Shown: positions 1 to 12,420, counted from the first letter of the whole stretch. The stretch: DNA of 63,134 bases, filler included, from Craspedostauros australis (GCA_030167865.1; 16 parts of 16 records of this genome joined end to end with filler, not necessarily neighbours in it), one strand, 5' to 3'. The notes: generated from the letters alone by a model not told the origin. Made by a program: numbers and translations.

Positions 1-118
1 CACACCACACTACACACCACACTACACACCACACTACACACCACACTACACACCACACTACACACCACACTACACACCACACTATACAACGCACTACACA
101 CCACACTATACAACGCAC
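1..118 (+). repeat. 12-bp tandem repeat (CACACCACACTA)n, degenerating at the right end
   Basis: About 7 perfect units, then CACAC/TACAACG variants. Confidence 0.9.
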
Positions 119-1337
119 TCACAACGAACGACGTACAGACCAATGACTGTACACACACACACACCCAAACGGACGAATGACAGACCAATTATCCACAATC
201 CAGTCCACTACGGACGACGTACGGACGGTAATGTACACCAATTCACCATTTTCCGCAACTCCCAAATGTACCACCCAATGCCCATTTCCCACACCTCCCA
301 AAATACCCCTAAACAACCCAAAAGAGTGGCCAACTTCAACAGCCCTCAGCTCGCTCAATATCCATCCGTTGACAAAATCGAGCGTCACTACAGCCACCCA
401 AAACTCCCCTCCACACCATCAACACCAAAAGAACAAAAAATATCAACCTTGACTTTCACAGGTTCCGGCTTTTATAAACCCTAACCCTAATGATAGCCCT
501 AATATTGTCCGCAGGTGCAACCAATCAAACCCTAATGTACGAGGATTTAACACGGTGACGTACGACGGCCAGACCGAAGTTTGGGTCGATTGACGGTCGA
601 CGTACAGACGTTTGTATGGGCACTCAATACACACGGTCGACGTACGGACGTTTTTGTATGGAAAATGTCGATGATCCGCAACTCCCCGAAAGTGCGGACG
701 AATGTTCAACATCCGCAACTCCCAAACAACACGAGATACTACGAGCCACGCGATACACCGTGTTAAACATGTACAGCACGATATGCCATGGTGAGCACAT
801 GTTCACGTACATCTATGTGTACACACACACGCACCACGTCCATACGTACACATCAACACCTCTGCCACCTTCAACGGACCTCTACAGCCTGAGATATTGA
901 TGATCAAAGTACTCAACATCAACCAGTACTTGCAATACACGGTGTCATGTCCATGTAAGCACACGCACATGTTCACCATGACCATACACACGTGTGACAA
1001 CAAGAACCACACTCTGAATCAACTTGGTGATGGAGATAGTGATGCATGTGTACAACACAAACAACATGTGATAACACGTGCAACCGTGTTAATGTGAGAT
1101 GAACATCGTCAATGTGAGATGAACTATCTGTCAACATCAAATGAACTATCTGTCAACATCAAATGAACTATTGTTAACACATTCCAACTACAGGAGGATG
1201 GCACAAGTCCCATGAAATGGCTGACTTGTGGGGGAGGAGGGGGAANNNNNNNNNNNNNNNNNNNNNNNNNNNNNNNNNNNNNNNNNNNNNNNNNNNNNNN
1301 NNNNNNNNNNNNNNNNNNNNNNNNNNNNNNNNNNNNN

Positions 1338-1381
<44 letters not shown>
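1338..1381 (+). repeat. (CA)n microsatellite next to a gap
   Basis: Directly visible. Confidence 0.95.
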
Positions 1382-1385
<4 letters not shown>

Positions 1386-1763
1386 CACATGGTGCAACCA
1401 GCCACAACATTCAACAACACGTGAGACCATGATGCAACAGTCAACACCAAATGAACCAACGATATCACCCGAAACAGCGTACCTACCACCAATCGAGTTG
1501 CACAGGAGTGCAATCATGATGCTTCAACACGGTTTCCACACAGATCAGTCTACGTTGGTGGAATCTAGATGTACTGAAAGTATGACAAACTTCCAGTTTT
1601 GTTAAACCCTAAGGGAGCATATCCGAAGATGAACCACACAACTTGGCTGCAGTCTCAACCACTCTGTCCAGAAGTCCATACGAAGGCACTTGCATTCTCG
1701 TCGTACAGCTCGTCGAGTATTCTAAACTTGTCTTGTTCGAGGCCAGCTCATCAAGGAAACGTT

Positions 1764-2030
1764 ATGTGCGAACTACAACGAAGACTCGGTGATGCCATAC
1801 TTGGCTGCCTGGAACGTCTGTGTCTGCAGAAGGGGGCGTCCTGTGTCTTCGTTCTCAGCGCGCAGACGACGGAATGGTTCATCGAATGCGGATTCGACGA
1901 GGTCGAGGTCAGCTGGCTGTCACCCAGCCATCACACCGCGTACGATACCAAGCGCAATAACTTGATTTGCCTGAAGAAGATCACCAGCGTTCGAGATTTG
2001 GATGCCTCCGAAATGTGGTGTAATAGATAG
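1764..2030 (+). pseudogene. C-terminal GNAT fragment of an ArgA-like N-acetylglutamate synthase
   Basis: LGDAILGCLERLC...VFVLSAQTTEWFIECGFDEV...YDTKRNNLI resembles the ArgA C-terminus (LFVLTT..WF.E.GF...Y...RNS). No upstream kinase-like domain is visible. Confidence 0.65.
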
Positions 2031-2789
2031 ATTACACAAGAAAGGTGCAGTGGGCGCAATTCGCACAATGCGTTCATATCATATAATAGGTGCTGCACTA
2101 GCACATCACAACATAGCATAGTATAGCATACGAGCATTGTATGGTGTGTATTCGTTGCGCTCTGTTCTACTCTGCTCCACCAATACATGACGATCGTGCT
2201 AGTGGCAGTGCCGTCGGCAGGGCACGAGCAGAGATGAATGATCAGAGGATGCATCGTTGGTGCTCCAGTGACGAGTACAGACGCGTGGACTTGACGGCAG
2301 CAAAGATCGCGAGGATTGCACATGTGTGATGAAAAGGAAGTGGAGTACTGGCATGGCATGATGTGGTACAGATGTACAAGTGCGGTGACAACAAAGAGGA
2401 GCCTTTGCCATTCGATTGGTTTGTGCAACACACACCGATTGTGTTGGCGCCCCGATCGACGCAGTTGGGGCCTTGGAGCGTATTTTCTGTGTGGTTCGGC
2501 TGGAATTTTTCCGACCTGAGCGGCACGACACAACGTGATGGCTCCACAACGCGATGGCTCCACAATGCGCGCACCATTCACGACACAAAAATAACGGTCC
2601 GCGTCACACAATTCACATCACTCATCACTCATCACAAAACACAAAACAAACATCATACACCACACATCACATCACAAAACACAACACATCACACCACAAT
2701 CCTCCATGCCATCAAGCAGACGATGTGCACACAACCATTCGAATCACAGGTGCACCTGCAACATGCAATACTACTAATACGATTTGCAG

Positions 2790-3475
2790 TTACATCTCTG
2801 CTGTGTTGGCATCCTGCTCTGCTTTGCTGTGATGCTCGGTCTTGCCAACGAACATGGTCACTTCGAATGTGCTCATGGTGGGTGCTGCCTCAGTCTTGCT
2901 GTTGTTGTTGTGAGGCCCACTGATCTCGGCTTTGCTCTTGCTGGGCTTCTTCTTCTTCTTGCCTTTCTTCTGTTGCTCAGCCTCCTCATTGGCTCTGGTG
3001 GTCGCGACGATTTGCTTCTCCAGCAACGGAATGAGGCTGCTGGTTGTTNGCAGGTTCGTTTTAAGGCATTGCAGACCACTGACAGCCATCACCTTGAGCG
3101 CATCATCGTACATACCTTTGATGTCGGGCTTGGCGTATTTGAAGCCAGCTGATTCGTCTTTCTTACCTGTTGCAGTTGGTTTCTTGGAAGCATTGTTGGT
3201 TGCCTCATCATCCTCCTCCAACGTGAAGTCCGTGTGAGACACAGTCACACCGATCTCATTGCCGTTCTTGTCAGTTTCGGTGAACGTTTGCTTCCACACG
3301 TTCATGCTCAGTCCCTTGCGCTCCGTCACAAATTCGTCACCTCCTTCTGCAGCACAAATTGCGTAGGCGATCTGATGGTGGCGAACATACGCGCGAGCTA
3401 CCTTGTCCAGCCCAAATTGCTCCCAACAGGTTTTGCAAGCACCCCACAACGCATCAGTGGTGAACATGCGACTCC
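2790..3475 (-). mobile_element. C-terminal part of a mariner/IS630-like transposase, truncated by the contig end
   Basis: LWGACKTCWEQFGLDKVARAYVRHHQ...GGDEFV and FKYAKPDI align with IWDAALLCWEQFPLTKVAQAYVRHSQ...GGDQFV and LKYPKPNV of the DDE element at 23.5-24.7 kb. Confidence 0.65.
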
Positions 3476-3575
3476 NNNNNNNNNNNNNNNNNNNNNNNNN
3501 NNNNNNNNNNNNNNNNNNNTTAATTAATTAANNNNNNNNNNNNNNNNNNNNNNNNNNNNNNNNNNNNNNNNNNNN
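3476..3575. other. Artificial contig linker N44-TTAATTAATTAA-N44 (first of 15)
   Basis: The same six-frame-stop 12-mer starts at 3520, 7216, 13634, 21582, 26997, 32181, 35584, 40926, 45943, 48517, 50311, 54828, 56507, 58938 and 61770. Confidence 0.97.
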
Positions 3576-4963
3576 GGTGTCGCTTCTTTTGGGAGCAACA
3601 CATCCCAGAGCGCAGAAGCAATTGGCGCCCACAGCCGTTTGATGTTGCACCAGACTTGCCGATCGTGTTTTCCACCAAGTGTGAATCCCGTCTTCGGCAT
3701 GGAGTTGAACACTTTTGGAGGCAGCCCAGACTTAACCAACCCTGCAACGCGGACCAACGCATCGCGACGCCATCCTCTCACCGTTTTCTGGATGAGTCTG
3801 TTGCGGCCTGTTNGCTTCTTCCTGCGATCACGGCCNTCCACGTAGTNGTCNTCNCTGTCAACATCAACTTGCTCGNAAGCGCCTCCAGCGACAGCGTTTG
3901 CGTGTCGTGCAGTGCTTGNGCGGGTAGTTGGTTTGGCAGGAGACTCAACGGGAGGTGGCACGTTCACACTGATGTCTACCACTGTGATAGCACCGACACC
4001 TTGTCCAACTGTACGCAGTGTGACCGTTAGTGTATCAAAGATGACACCAGCCGCACTGGACAGGCGCACGTCAACGCGCAGGTTAGCGGCATCGACATGC
4101 GCCAAAGTTGGAACAAGGTTGCTGTCCACTGGAAGCATTGACCTCGATTGCGTGAGTGATGTCGGTGGGCTTCCGCAATCCAGTAGACAGCTTGTCAGGC
4201 AACAGCTGCTCACGAGTAGGTGCCAAGTTGCCATCCGAATCAAAAGGAGAATCGAGAGGGGCAGCACAGGAACGAGGCTTCTTACGAGGAGATGGGTTTT
4301 CGCCCTTGATTGTTGCTTTGGCAGGGATGGAGGACATGGTGTTGATGGTAGCAAAGGAGGTTGATTGATTGATTGATTGATCGATGAATGGCACTGTAGA
4401 ACGCTGAATGAAAGTGGGTGGAGGAGGTGATGCCGATAGAGGTGTTGGATGCAGCACCGAGAACAACAACCGCCAATGTCACTAGTACTCTCGCTACTCA
4501 TACTACAACCGCAGCACAACAGATACAATGAGCATCGCATCGGCGGAGGCACCTTTGGAATGAAGCAAAAAATGTGACGGGGTTTTGTGTCTGCGTGGCG
4601 ACGATGTGTGCGTGCGCATGTGGTGATGATGTGTGTGATGCTGACAAGCACAAAATGTCAATCGATTCCGCAGCAGCTAACGTTGTTTAACGTGTTCCAA
4701 ACGAACGAGGAGGAAGGAAAAAGCTGGAGACACAAACGTGAATGGACACCTTCCGTTATTAACTCGGAACACCAAAGAACCTTCGATGAAACTACATCGT
4801 GGAAGGCTGCGTTTGACCCATACGACTCTAAATATTTGATGGTCCACAAAACTTAAACTATAAACTTTAAGATTCTGGGTAATTTTCCTGTTGCTATAGA
4901 CACTATAATGAGTAGGTTGGTATGATTAGTTCTGTTGTAATCGAAGAAAAATTGCCACTCTAC
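3576..4963 (-). mobile_element. 5' part of a Sola3-like DNA transposon (N-terminal ORF region plus terminus)
   Basis: GFTLGGKHDRQVWCNIKRLWAPIASALWDVLLP is homologous to GFVLGRNSDKQVWSKAKKIFAVASNALWKALIP at 41.2 kb. The 4841-4963 end shares motifs and spacing with 44328-44450. Confidence 0.55.
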
Positions 4964-6405
4964 TTTACCAAAGGTTGGTCGACTCACTCACTCAGCTAGC
5001 ATACATGCTAGCTGACTCGGAGATCGTAATGGATCGTGGGCATCATGGTCTACTTTGTGGCACAGGCTTCTCACTAGGGTTGGTTGTTTGGTTGGTGTAG
5101 CAATGTTTCCGGCCTTTATCGGCCTTTATCGGCCAGGCCTGAATTGCGCAGGAGCCCGGCCATTCACAACCAGGGAGATAGGCCACAGGCGCGCCAACAT
5201 CGTGTCTGTGGCAACCAAGTTCCGGCGAGAGCAATCGCTAGTGAGGATGCATTGATGTTCATGGTAGGAGTGACGCCATGATACTTACTCGAAATAGCCG
5301 TAGCTCGTATCATCCTCTCCCATCTCGCGCCGGGCAATCGGCATTCCAAGACATCGCCAGGCCATTCCGATTTCATGCCATTTGTCGCGCCATCAATAAC
5401 ATGAACAGGCCTTTCTTCAGATTGGCTTGGGTATTTGTTCGATGCTACATGTATCTCCGTGTCCATCTCATTGTTGACAGGCCGCAGTCCTGTGCTTGAT
5501 GCAGCCGACCATTGTTTCGAGGCAGATGTCCTTGCTGGCTCCGGATGCGTTGAAGCGAAACGCTCGAGAGAGTGCCATCCCCTTGCTGAAGATCTGCGCA
5601 CTGTCGAACCCGAACGAGCAACCATCCGAGGCCACCATGGTGACTGCGAGATCAGCTTCCTTTCGGCGATGCCTTTGGGGCGCGATCTACGTGACGGATT
5701 CTTGTCCGGAGAGAGATGGAACAGCACTGTGCGACGAGCGGACATCATGGACGGACTTCAAAAGAAGCACCATGGTACGTACATGGGCGTCGTGCCTTGG
5801 TTGATGCTGCGGTGATGCTTCCGACGATGACAACCTCGCAGCCAGGATCGTGGCTCTTCAATGATTGGGTTACTCTCCTGTCTCTCTCATTCACGCCGGA
5901 CGTGGATGAACACATTGATGTGCGGTGTCATCTCACGCTCTGTTGCACCATCTTGTGCTCTGCCTCGCCTCTGCTCGCTGCCGCATGCTTGGATCTTCGT
6001 GGCTCTTTTGTGGTTGGGGAACGGACGGTGGTCGTTGTGGTCACATTGCGCCTCTTGTCGTTCGCAGCATTCGGTTGGCACTCATCGATAACTGTTCTCT
6101 CTCTCTCTCTCTCTTCTACACATTCGTTCGACATATCATATATCATATTCTACTGTACGATTCAACAACATGGACAAATATGTGAACATGGCATCCTAAG
6201 TATTGATGGCCTTATTGGTACATTGCTGGTACCTGCATGTCCAAGCATTGAGGTCTCTCGCCGCACTTGTGGCATTGACAGACTCGATCTGAGGGTGTGG
6301 GTACGGGATTGCAGGTGGCACGATGCACCATGCAAGCATTCACGTACTTGGACATCCACGTACATGTAAACGAATGTGGCACAAGCACATGCGTCCGCGA
6401 GCCGG

Positions 6406-7170
6406 TTAGACTCTCAGCATGTTCTTGGTTTTCTTGGTATCGCTGTCGGAAGTCATCATGTTATTCTTCGATTTCTTCTCGTCAGGATCGACGAAGCTCT
6501 TCGTCTTCTTCATCACCACGGTCTCGCTTGGTGCGAATGTCGGTGACGAAGTCGGGGATCGTGTTGGCATCCACGTCGGGGCGCTGGTCGGCGCCGCGGT
6601 TGGATTGTTGTTTGGCTGAGCTGTCGGTGCTGACGTCGGTGAGGAAGTCGGGGCGCTGGTCGGAGCCGATGTTGGGGCAGACGTCGGTGAGCTTGTCGGG
6701 GCTGATGTCGGAGCGCTGGTTGGTACTGGAACCGCAGCGGTGGGTGCCGATGTTGGGGCAGACGTCGGTGCGCTGGTCGGGGCTGATGTCGGTGCGCTGG
6801 TCGGAGCACTTGTCGGCGCCGATGTTGGATTGGCATTTGGCTGAGATGTGGGCGCCGACGTCGGTGAGGAAGTCGGTGCACTGGTTGGAGCCGACGTTGG
6901 TGCGCTGGTTGGTGCAGGCGCAGTAGGCGACGCCGTTGGATTGCTTGTCGGGGCCGATGTTGGTGCGGATGTGGGCGCCGATGTGGGGACAGACGTCGGA
7001 TTGCTTGTCGGGGCCGATGTGGGCGCCGAAGTAGGAGCGCTGGTCGGTGCACTGGTAGGTGCGACCATCACGATGTTTTGGAATAAGATGGCTCCGACGA
7101 AAGGATATCCGGCAAAATCAAAAGAGTTGTTCTGGCTATCGGATGCAACTACGCCAGCTTGTCCGTAGAA
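6406..7170 (-). CDS. Pro/Thr/Ser-rich (PTSA)n mucin-like protein, 5'-partial, with a Lys-rich C-terminal tail
   Basis: Frame is open to the contig end (FYGQAGVV...GAILFQNIVMVAPTS), then dozens of PTSA units with synonymous variation and the tail KKTKS...KKSK...KKTKNMLRV. Confidence 0.85.
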   Translation of the reverse strand, partial: FYGQAGVVASDSQNNSFDFAGYPFVGAILFQNIVMVAPTSAPTSAPTSAPTSAPTSNPTSVPTSAPTSAPTSAPTSNPTASPTAPAPTSAPTSAPTSAPTSSPTSAPTSQPNANPTSAPTSAPTSAPTSAPTSAPTSAPTSAPTAAVPVPTSAPTSAPTSSPTSAPTSAPTSAPTSSPTSAPTAQPNNNPTAAPTSAPTWMPTRSPTSSPTFAPSETVVMKKTKSFVDPDEKKSKNNMMTSDSDTKKTKNMLRV

Positions 7171-7271
7171 GNNNNNNNNNNNNNNNNNNNNNNNNNNNNN
7201 NNNNNNNNNNNNNNNTTAATTAATTAANNNNNNNNNNNNNNNNNNNNNNNNNNNNNNNNNNNNNNNNNNNN

Positions 7272-8100
7272 CTGCTGGTGGCAAGCACCACTGCATTTGC
7301 TCGGATCGAATCGTGCGGATCGTCTCCAGCGTGAAGGATGAAATCGCCATCATGGAGTGGATCCATCACAGTCACTATCCAATTTGTGAGTACCTGGAAT
7401 GTAGTGGATGTGTCACTATCCTCCACATCCTCGGTGCTGCCGTCGGTATTGTCGGCACTGGCATCCAGTATTTCAGCCAACGCGTCACCCAGAGGTTGCG
7501 TCGATGCGCCAAAGGAGGAATCTGGATCAGCCCCGCATGTTGTCATGACTAAGACGATGGTCACTCCATCTTGTGTCGGCGTCTCCAACACCACATCAGG
7601 CACATGTCCCGCCAACCATTCCTGCTGCTGTCGTGGCTTCCATGTCTTCATCAACAACCCCACAAGCCCCTGTCGACCACGTGGGAATCCTTCCTTGACT
7701 ACTTCCGAAACCTTCCTCAGAGGGTCTCAAGACATCATGCCTTGATCTTGGTTGGATCTCAGATCGCGAAGGATCGCTTCAGTTGACTCCAACAAAGCGA
7801 TCCGTGTGCCTGTGGAGGTTGATGTGTTGCGCAACGCTGCAATGGCAGCAAGCGTCCTGGTTGTGCCACCACCGATGATCGCGGGATCCACATGTTGCTG
7901 GGAGAGGGGTGTTGGTTGCGCCATTGTCATTGTTGCAGTTGTTGCGGTTGTTGTCATTGTTGTCATTGTTGCGGTTGCGGCTGTTGGCCTTGGCGTTGGA
8001 GTGTTGGACAATGTCTCTGCAGACGGGTGGCCGAACACCAGGAAGGGGAGAAGTGGCAACAGAAGCGACAGCAGAAGTGGCAACAGACGTGGCGTCCGTA
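7272..8100 (-). pseudogene. Degenerate HI0933/YhiN-like FAD-dependent oxidoreductase fragment
   Basis: Rossmann-like AIIGGG...AAIAA...IALLE, then in another frame FPRGRQGLVGLL...W and ANAVVLAT. Frameshifted near 7730. Confidence 0.5.
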
Positions 8101-10212
8101 TCCATTTCGCAGCAGTTCTGAAGAAATGGAATACCATGATGGTAGAGTATGGTACCGTAGTCCGATTGTCTGATGGTCTATTATTGCATGCAGTCCTCAA
8201 AGGCATAATCGCACATGACCAGTGGTGAGATGGCTGGGCGCTCTCACTGTTGCTGTCGGTATTGGCCTTGGATTCTTCTCCTGGACGCACGAACGTTCCA
8301 TCTCCACTCTCCATGCATTCCAGACCACTGACCTGACGGTCGAGCTCGAAGACGGCTGCCATGCGGGTCTTGTCTGTGGCGTCAGTATCATGCGTTGGCT
8401 CATCGCCATTGGCAGTATTATGGCCATCGCCATATCCGTCGATGGCAACGGCCTTGAGCTTGAGCTGCTGAGCGAAGTTGGCAAAGGGCTCCGTGCCCAT
8501 CCGGATGATGCAGATGGATCCGTCGGTGCGATCGACGATGAGGACAGTTTCATCCATGCCTGGTTGGCTGAGAGCGGAGACGAAGATCTTCTGGCTGTCG
8601 TCACTTGCGACTTGCGGATCCAACGAGAATCGATGCACCTGACAGCTGGCGTACTTCCGGTTCTGCCGCTCCTGGTCTGACACCTGCTGCAGTCATTCGT
8701 GCAGAACCGTCGAGAAGGAGTGAGAGAAGCACGACTAGTCCACCACGGGGAACATCTGGCTGTCGTCTTGGTCCATGCCTCCAGCATTGGGACTGGTGCT
8801 ACTGCTGCTGCTGCTGCTGTTACGACTACTGCTATCATGTTCATCGTTCTTGTTCGTGTGGTCGTCGAAAAGACGGGAGGCCGAAGATCGAGAGAGAGTG
8901 TGGAAAAGCGGTGGGTTGGAGAGGTCGTGTTCTGTTCCAATGATACTCTGTATCGTTCATGCCTCGTTGTGTTGTTGAGTGATTCCATTGCTCTCCACAA
9001 GGGTGAATCACATCTTGGTCGATGAAGCCGAGTTCAATAAATCTGAAGGTTCGCCATGTCAGAACGTGAGTTTGATGCGCTTGTTGTGTCTTGGAGTTCT
9101 CAAAAGTCAGTCCGGAGAGAACTCTCCAACAGAACGATGATGCTTTCTTGGTGTCAAACGTTCTCGCAAGTGCCTCCGAAGTGCCACTGTTCTTTTGTTC
9201 GATCCAACACATCAACTGTTCCGACGAACGTGTCTGTGTTGCCGCATCACAGAAGAAGTGATTTCTTTGGCGATTGATTCGTTCGAGGGCGAGGCCCACC
9301 AAATCCAGTGGTTTGTTCTGGTTGTGGATCTTGTTGAGTTGGTAACACTTGGTTGGAATTTGGCGGATGCCGACCGACAACCACAAATTACCACGAGTGA
9401 GGAAACCATTTCCTCGCACAACCAACACATCCAACACATCCAACACAACCAACGTGCGAGTAGCATCGTGAACATCGATGCACCCGATGATGAGGCCATG
9501 GTCGATCTCCGTGGAGGCACCTCCTCCATCAAACACTTCGTCTCGCGCCCATTGCACTATGCTCACACCGTCATGGCCCATCCAATCAACGAGGGCGACG
9601 ACACCTCCAAGACGATCAGCAGCACCAGCACCAGCAGCCATCATGGATCGCCACACATGACACCCGACGTCTACTCCGGGAAAGGCATCACCTGCGGACT
9701 CCGCCAACCGCTTCGATGGAGGATGCAGGCTCGTTGGCAACACCTCCGGCTGCCAACCACGCAAGCCTTCACACCAGCGGCTACGACAAGAACAACTGCA
9801 GGAGTCATCGACCTCCGCCACGACCATCAACTTCCAACCACAGAGGAACCGCTCATCGATCGTGAGGATTAGGAGTAGATGCTGTCGAGGTTTCCGACGC
9901 ACGACCTCCCCCACATGCCCACCTCCGCTTTTCAGAAGCCAAACCGTCGGCATCGCAGCACAAGCGATGATGATGATGATGATGATGATGATCGTGACGA
10001 GGAGGAGGAGGATCCAACCCATGCGACTCCTGCTGCTGCTTCCGTCATTGAGCACGATGCTAATTGTGCCAATGATCTTGCCCAGCCCACCTTCACCCAG
10101 CAAGTGCAATTGATGGTGAGTGCGATGGGAAATGCTGTGCGGGATGACCATGACGACAAGGACACACAATCTGATGAGCATTGGCTCACGTGAATGATGT
10201 TGTCCGAATCGG

Positions 10213-11022
10213 ATGATGAAAGTCAGCTTGTTCCAAGGTCCCAAAAACAACAGCAACCGCAACCGCAGCAACCGCAACCGCAACGACAGCAACAACAATA
10301 GCCAACACCACGTCGAAACCTGCAGAAACTGTGCTCCCAACAACAGCACAGATCCCTACATCCTCAACAGCCTGCTGCCGAACGTCATCATCTGGAAGTT
10401 GCCCTTCTCCACAAATGGTGAATCAGATGCATCCACGGTCCAAAACGCAACAACGCTCTCCACATACGAATCAAGGAGTCTCACATCCTTTTCGCGCAGC
10501 TACTACACGGATGCCTCGTCGTCACACTTTGATGATGAGTCGGATCACAACAACAGTCGCACGCAGCTACTGCAAATGGTATACGAAACAGGCGACGAAC
10601 AATCTGAGCTCGTCATTCAAGAAGTCCAACGGAATCTCAAGCGCAACCCTGAGTCAAATGAGCCCGATGATGAGTGGTCCTTTCTGTCATCACCACTGGA
10701 GGGACCAGCCAGACAGCAGCCTCAACCACGCGCCCCGCCGATCCAGTCTCATGGGCGGGTCAAAAAGCTCTGCAGACTGAAGCAGGCCTACCTGCGATCC
10801 AAGAACCGCTGTGAGATTGTCATCGTCGATGGTGTTGCAGGCGTCGGCAAGACTGCCATCTGTCAACATTTCTTCGACAATGTGCACGACGCCACGCTGA
10901 TCTTGGGATATGCCAAGTTTGAATCGCCGATCGGGATGTCACCCGACATCCATCCATACGGACCCATCTGGACTGCCTTCGCCTCCCTCCTGCATCAGGC
11001 CACGCAACGGAACCCATCCTAG
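10213..11022 (+). pseudogene. Truncated STAND/AAA_16-type P-loop NTPase
   Basis: HGRVKKLCRLKQAY...VIVDGVAGVGKT (Walker A)...GYAKFE...PYGPIWTAF; stops before Walker B. Confidence 0.6.
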
Positions 11023-11530
11023 ATCCAACAGTATGTGCCGAAGGCTGCTGAGGCTCTTTGCGTCAGCCTTGCACAAACGCGCCACTTCATCTTCGTGGAC
11101 ACAATAACATAGAAATAGTGGTAGAACAGTTGTAGAACATACTAAAGGAAGAAGTCAATGTCATTCAATCATTGCGCTATGTTACTCTGTACTATCGTTT
11201 TTCTGTTGGCCTCAGGGCTTTGTTGTTTGTGTCCTGATCTGCACTAGTTGGAGGGGGCGGCTGCTGCTTGTGGGCCAGCAGCAGTTGCCGCTGTCGTCGT
11301 TGCGGTCAGCGTTGTCATTGTTTGCGCTGCTGCCGTTGTTTGCGTTGCTTCCTAATCTGCACTAGGCGGCGGAGCGGCGACGGCTGTTGCTTCTGGGCCA
11401 GCAGCACTTGCCGCTGTCGTGGGCGTCCTTGTCGTGGGCGTCCTTGTTGTCGGCGTGCATGGCTTAGCCATCTTCATGGCTGCCGCACGCGGAATCAATG
11501 AAGGGGTCCCGGAGGCAAAGAAGTCTTCTA

Positions 11531-11888
11531 TGTTAAAATAGCGCGCTGCGGAATCGAACCACGGAGCCAGTCCACGCCCTGCATGAACACAAGAAATTAA
11601 CGCTTATAACCCATGTCGCGACACCCTCCCTAATTCTTGGATTCATGCCCTTGAGCCCCCCTATCATGAGGACCCCCCACACTCTATCTTTATACTGCCG
11701 CTGTAGGCAGTCGGCAAGTTTCGGGTGTTTCTGTGTGTTTGTTGTAGCAGGGGTGGGTACCAGCCGACGGAATCGAACCTTAGGCCACGCTACCATGTTA
11801 AAATAGCGCGCTGCGGAATCGAACCACGGAGCCAGTCCACGCCCTGCATGAACACAAGAAATTAACGCTTATAACCCATGTCGCGACA
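11531..11888 (-). mobile_element. TRIM (terminal-repeat retrotransposon in miniature), 358 bp
   Basis: Identical 93-bp TG...CA LTRs at 11531-11623 and 11796-11888; TSD CTTCTA at 11525-11530 and 11889-11894; on the minus strand, PBS TGGTAGCGTGG right after the 5' LTR and PPT AGGGAGGG right before the 3' LTR. Confidence 0.92.
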
Positions 11889-11982
11889 CTTCTACACGTT
11901 CCTCGATTCGGTCGGCGGTACGTCGAAGAACATTTCTCGTCCCATTCCAAATCTGTTCGAACCAAGTGGGCCCATTCGAAGG

Positions 11983-12420
11983 CTACAAGCTCACTTCAGA
12001 GCGCTCCACTTCACCCTGCTCCTTACCCTGGCGTTCCTGTACATTGTTGAGGCCACTGCCGACTTGACGAAGCACCTGCTGTTGATCTTGAGAAGGGGCG
12101 TTGCGCAGGGCGTTGCGCAAGGCGCGGAAGGGATTGTTGTGATGTTTGACCAACATCACGAGCCCAGAAAAGTCTCGTCGAACGATGATGACCTCTCTTC
12201 CCCAGTTGCGTGGGTTCCTCTTGACCTTCTTTGCTGACTTCTTGAAACATGTCAACAATCTCTTCTTCTCCTCTTGCGTGAAGAGTGTTTCAAGGTTTTG
12301 GATTACCTGGGCAAGGAAGTCCTTCAGTAGGTCAAGGCTCCACCCAACTGCCTCGCAGCTTACAGCGAGATCCCAAAGTGCCTGAATGCGTCTTTTTTCT
12401 TCGTCTGTGAAAGTCACCAT
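11983..12420 (-). CDS. Hypothetical protein, possibly the 5' part of a gene interrupted by a stop and the TRIM
   Basis: 145-aa ATG-initiated ORF after an ACAAC-rich leader. The same frame stays open past the TAG and across the reconstructed empty TRIM site to about 11352. Confidence 0.4.
   Translation of the reverse strand: MVTFTDEEKRRIQALWDLAVSCEAVGWSLDLLKDFLAQVIQNLETLFTQEEKKRLLTCFKKSAKKVKRNPRNWGREVIIVRRDFSGLVMLVKHHNNPFRALRNALRNAPSQDQQQVLRQVGSGLNNVQERQGKEQGEVERSEVSL

Noticed and set aside
8841..10349. 502-aa minus-strand ORF
   Set aside because: Antisense to low-complexity plus-strand coding-like sequence; no recognisable domain.
11539..11623. tRNA gene
   Set aside because: Only a T-loop/B-box and a 3' arm are present, with no cloverleaf; it lies within TRIM LTRs.
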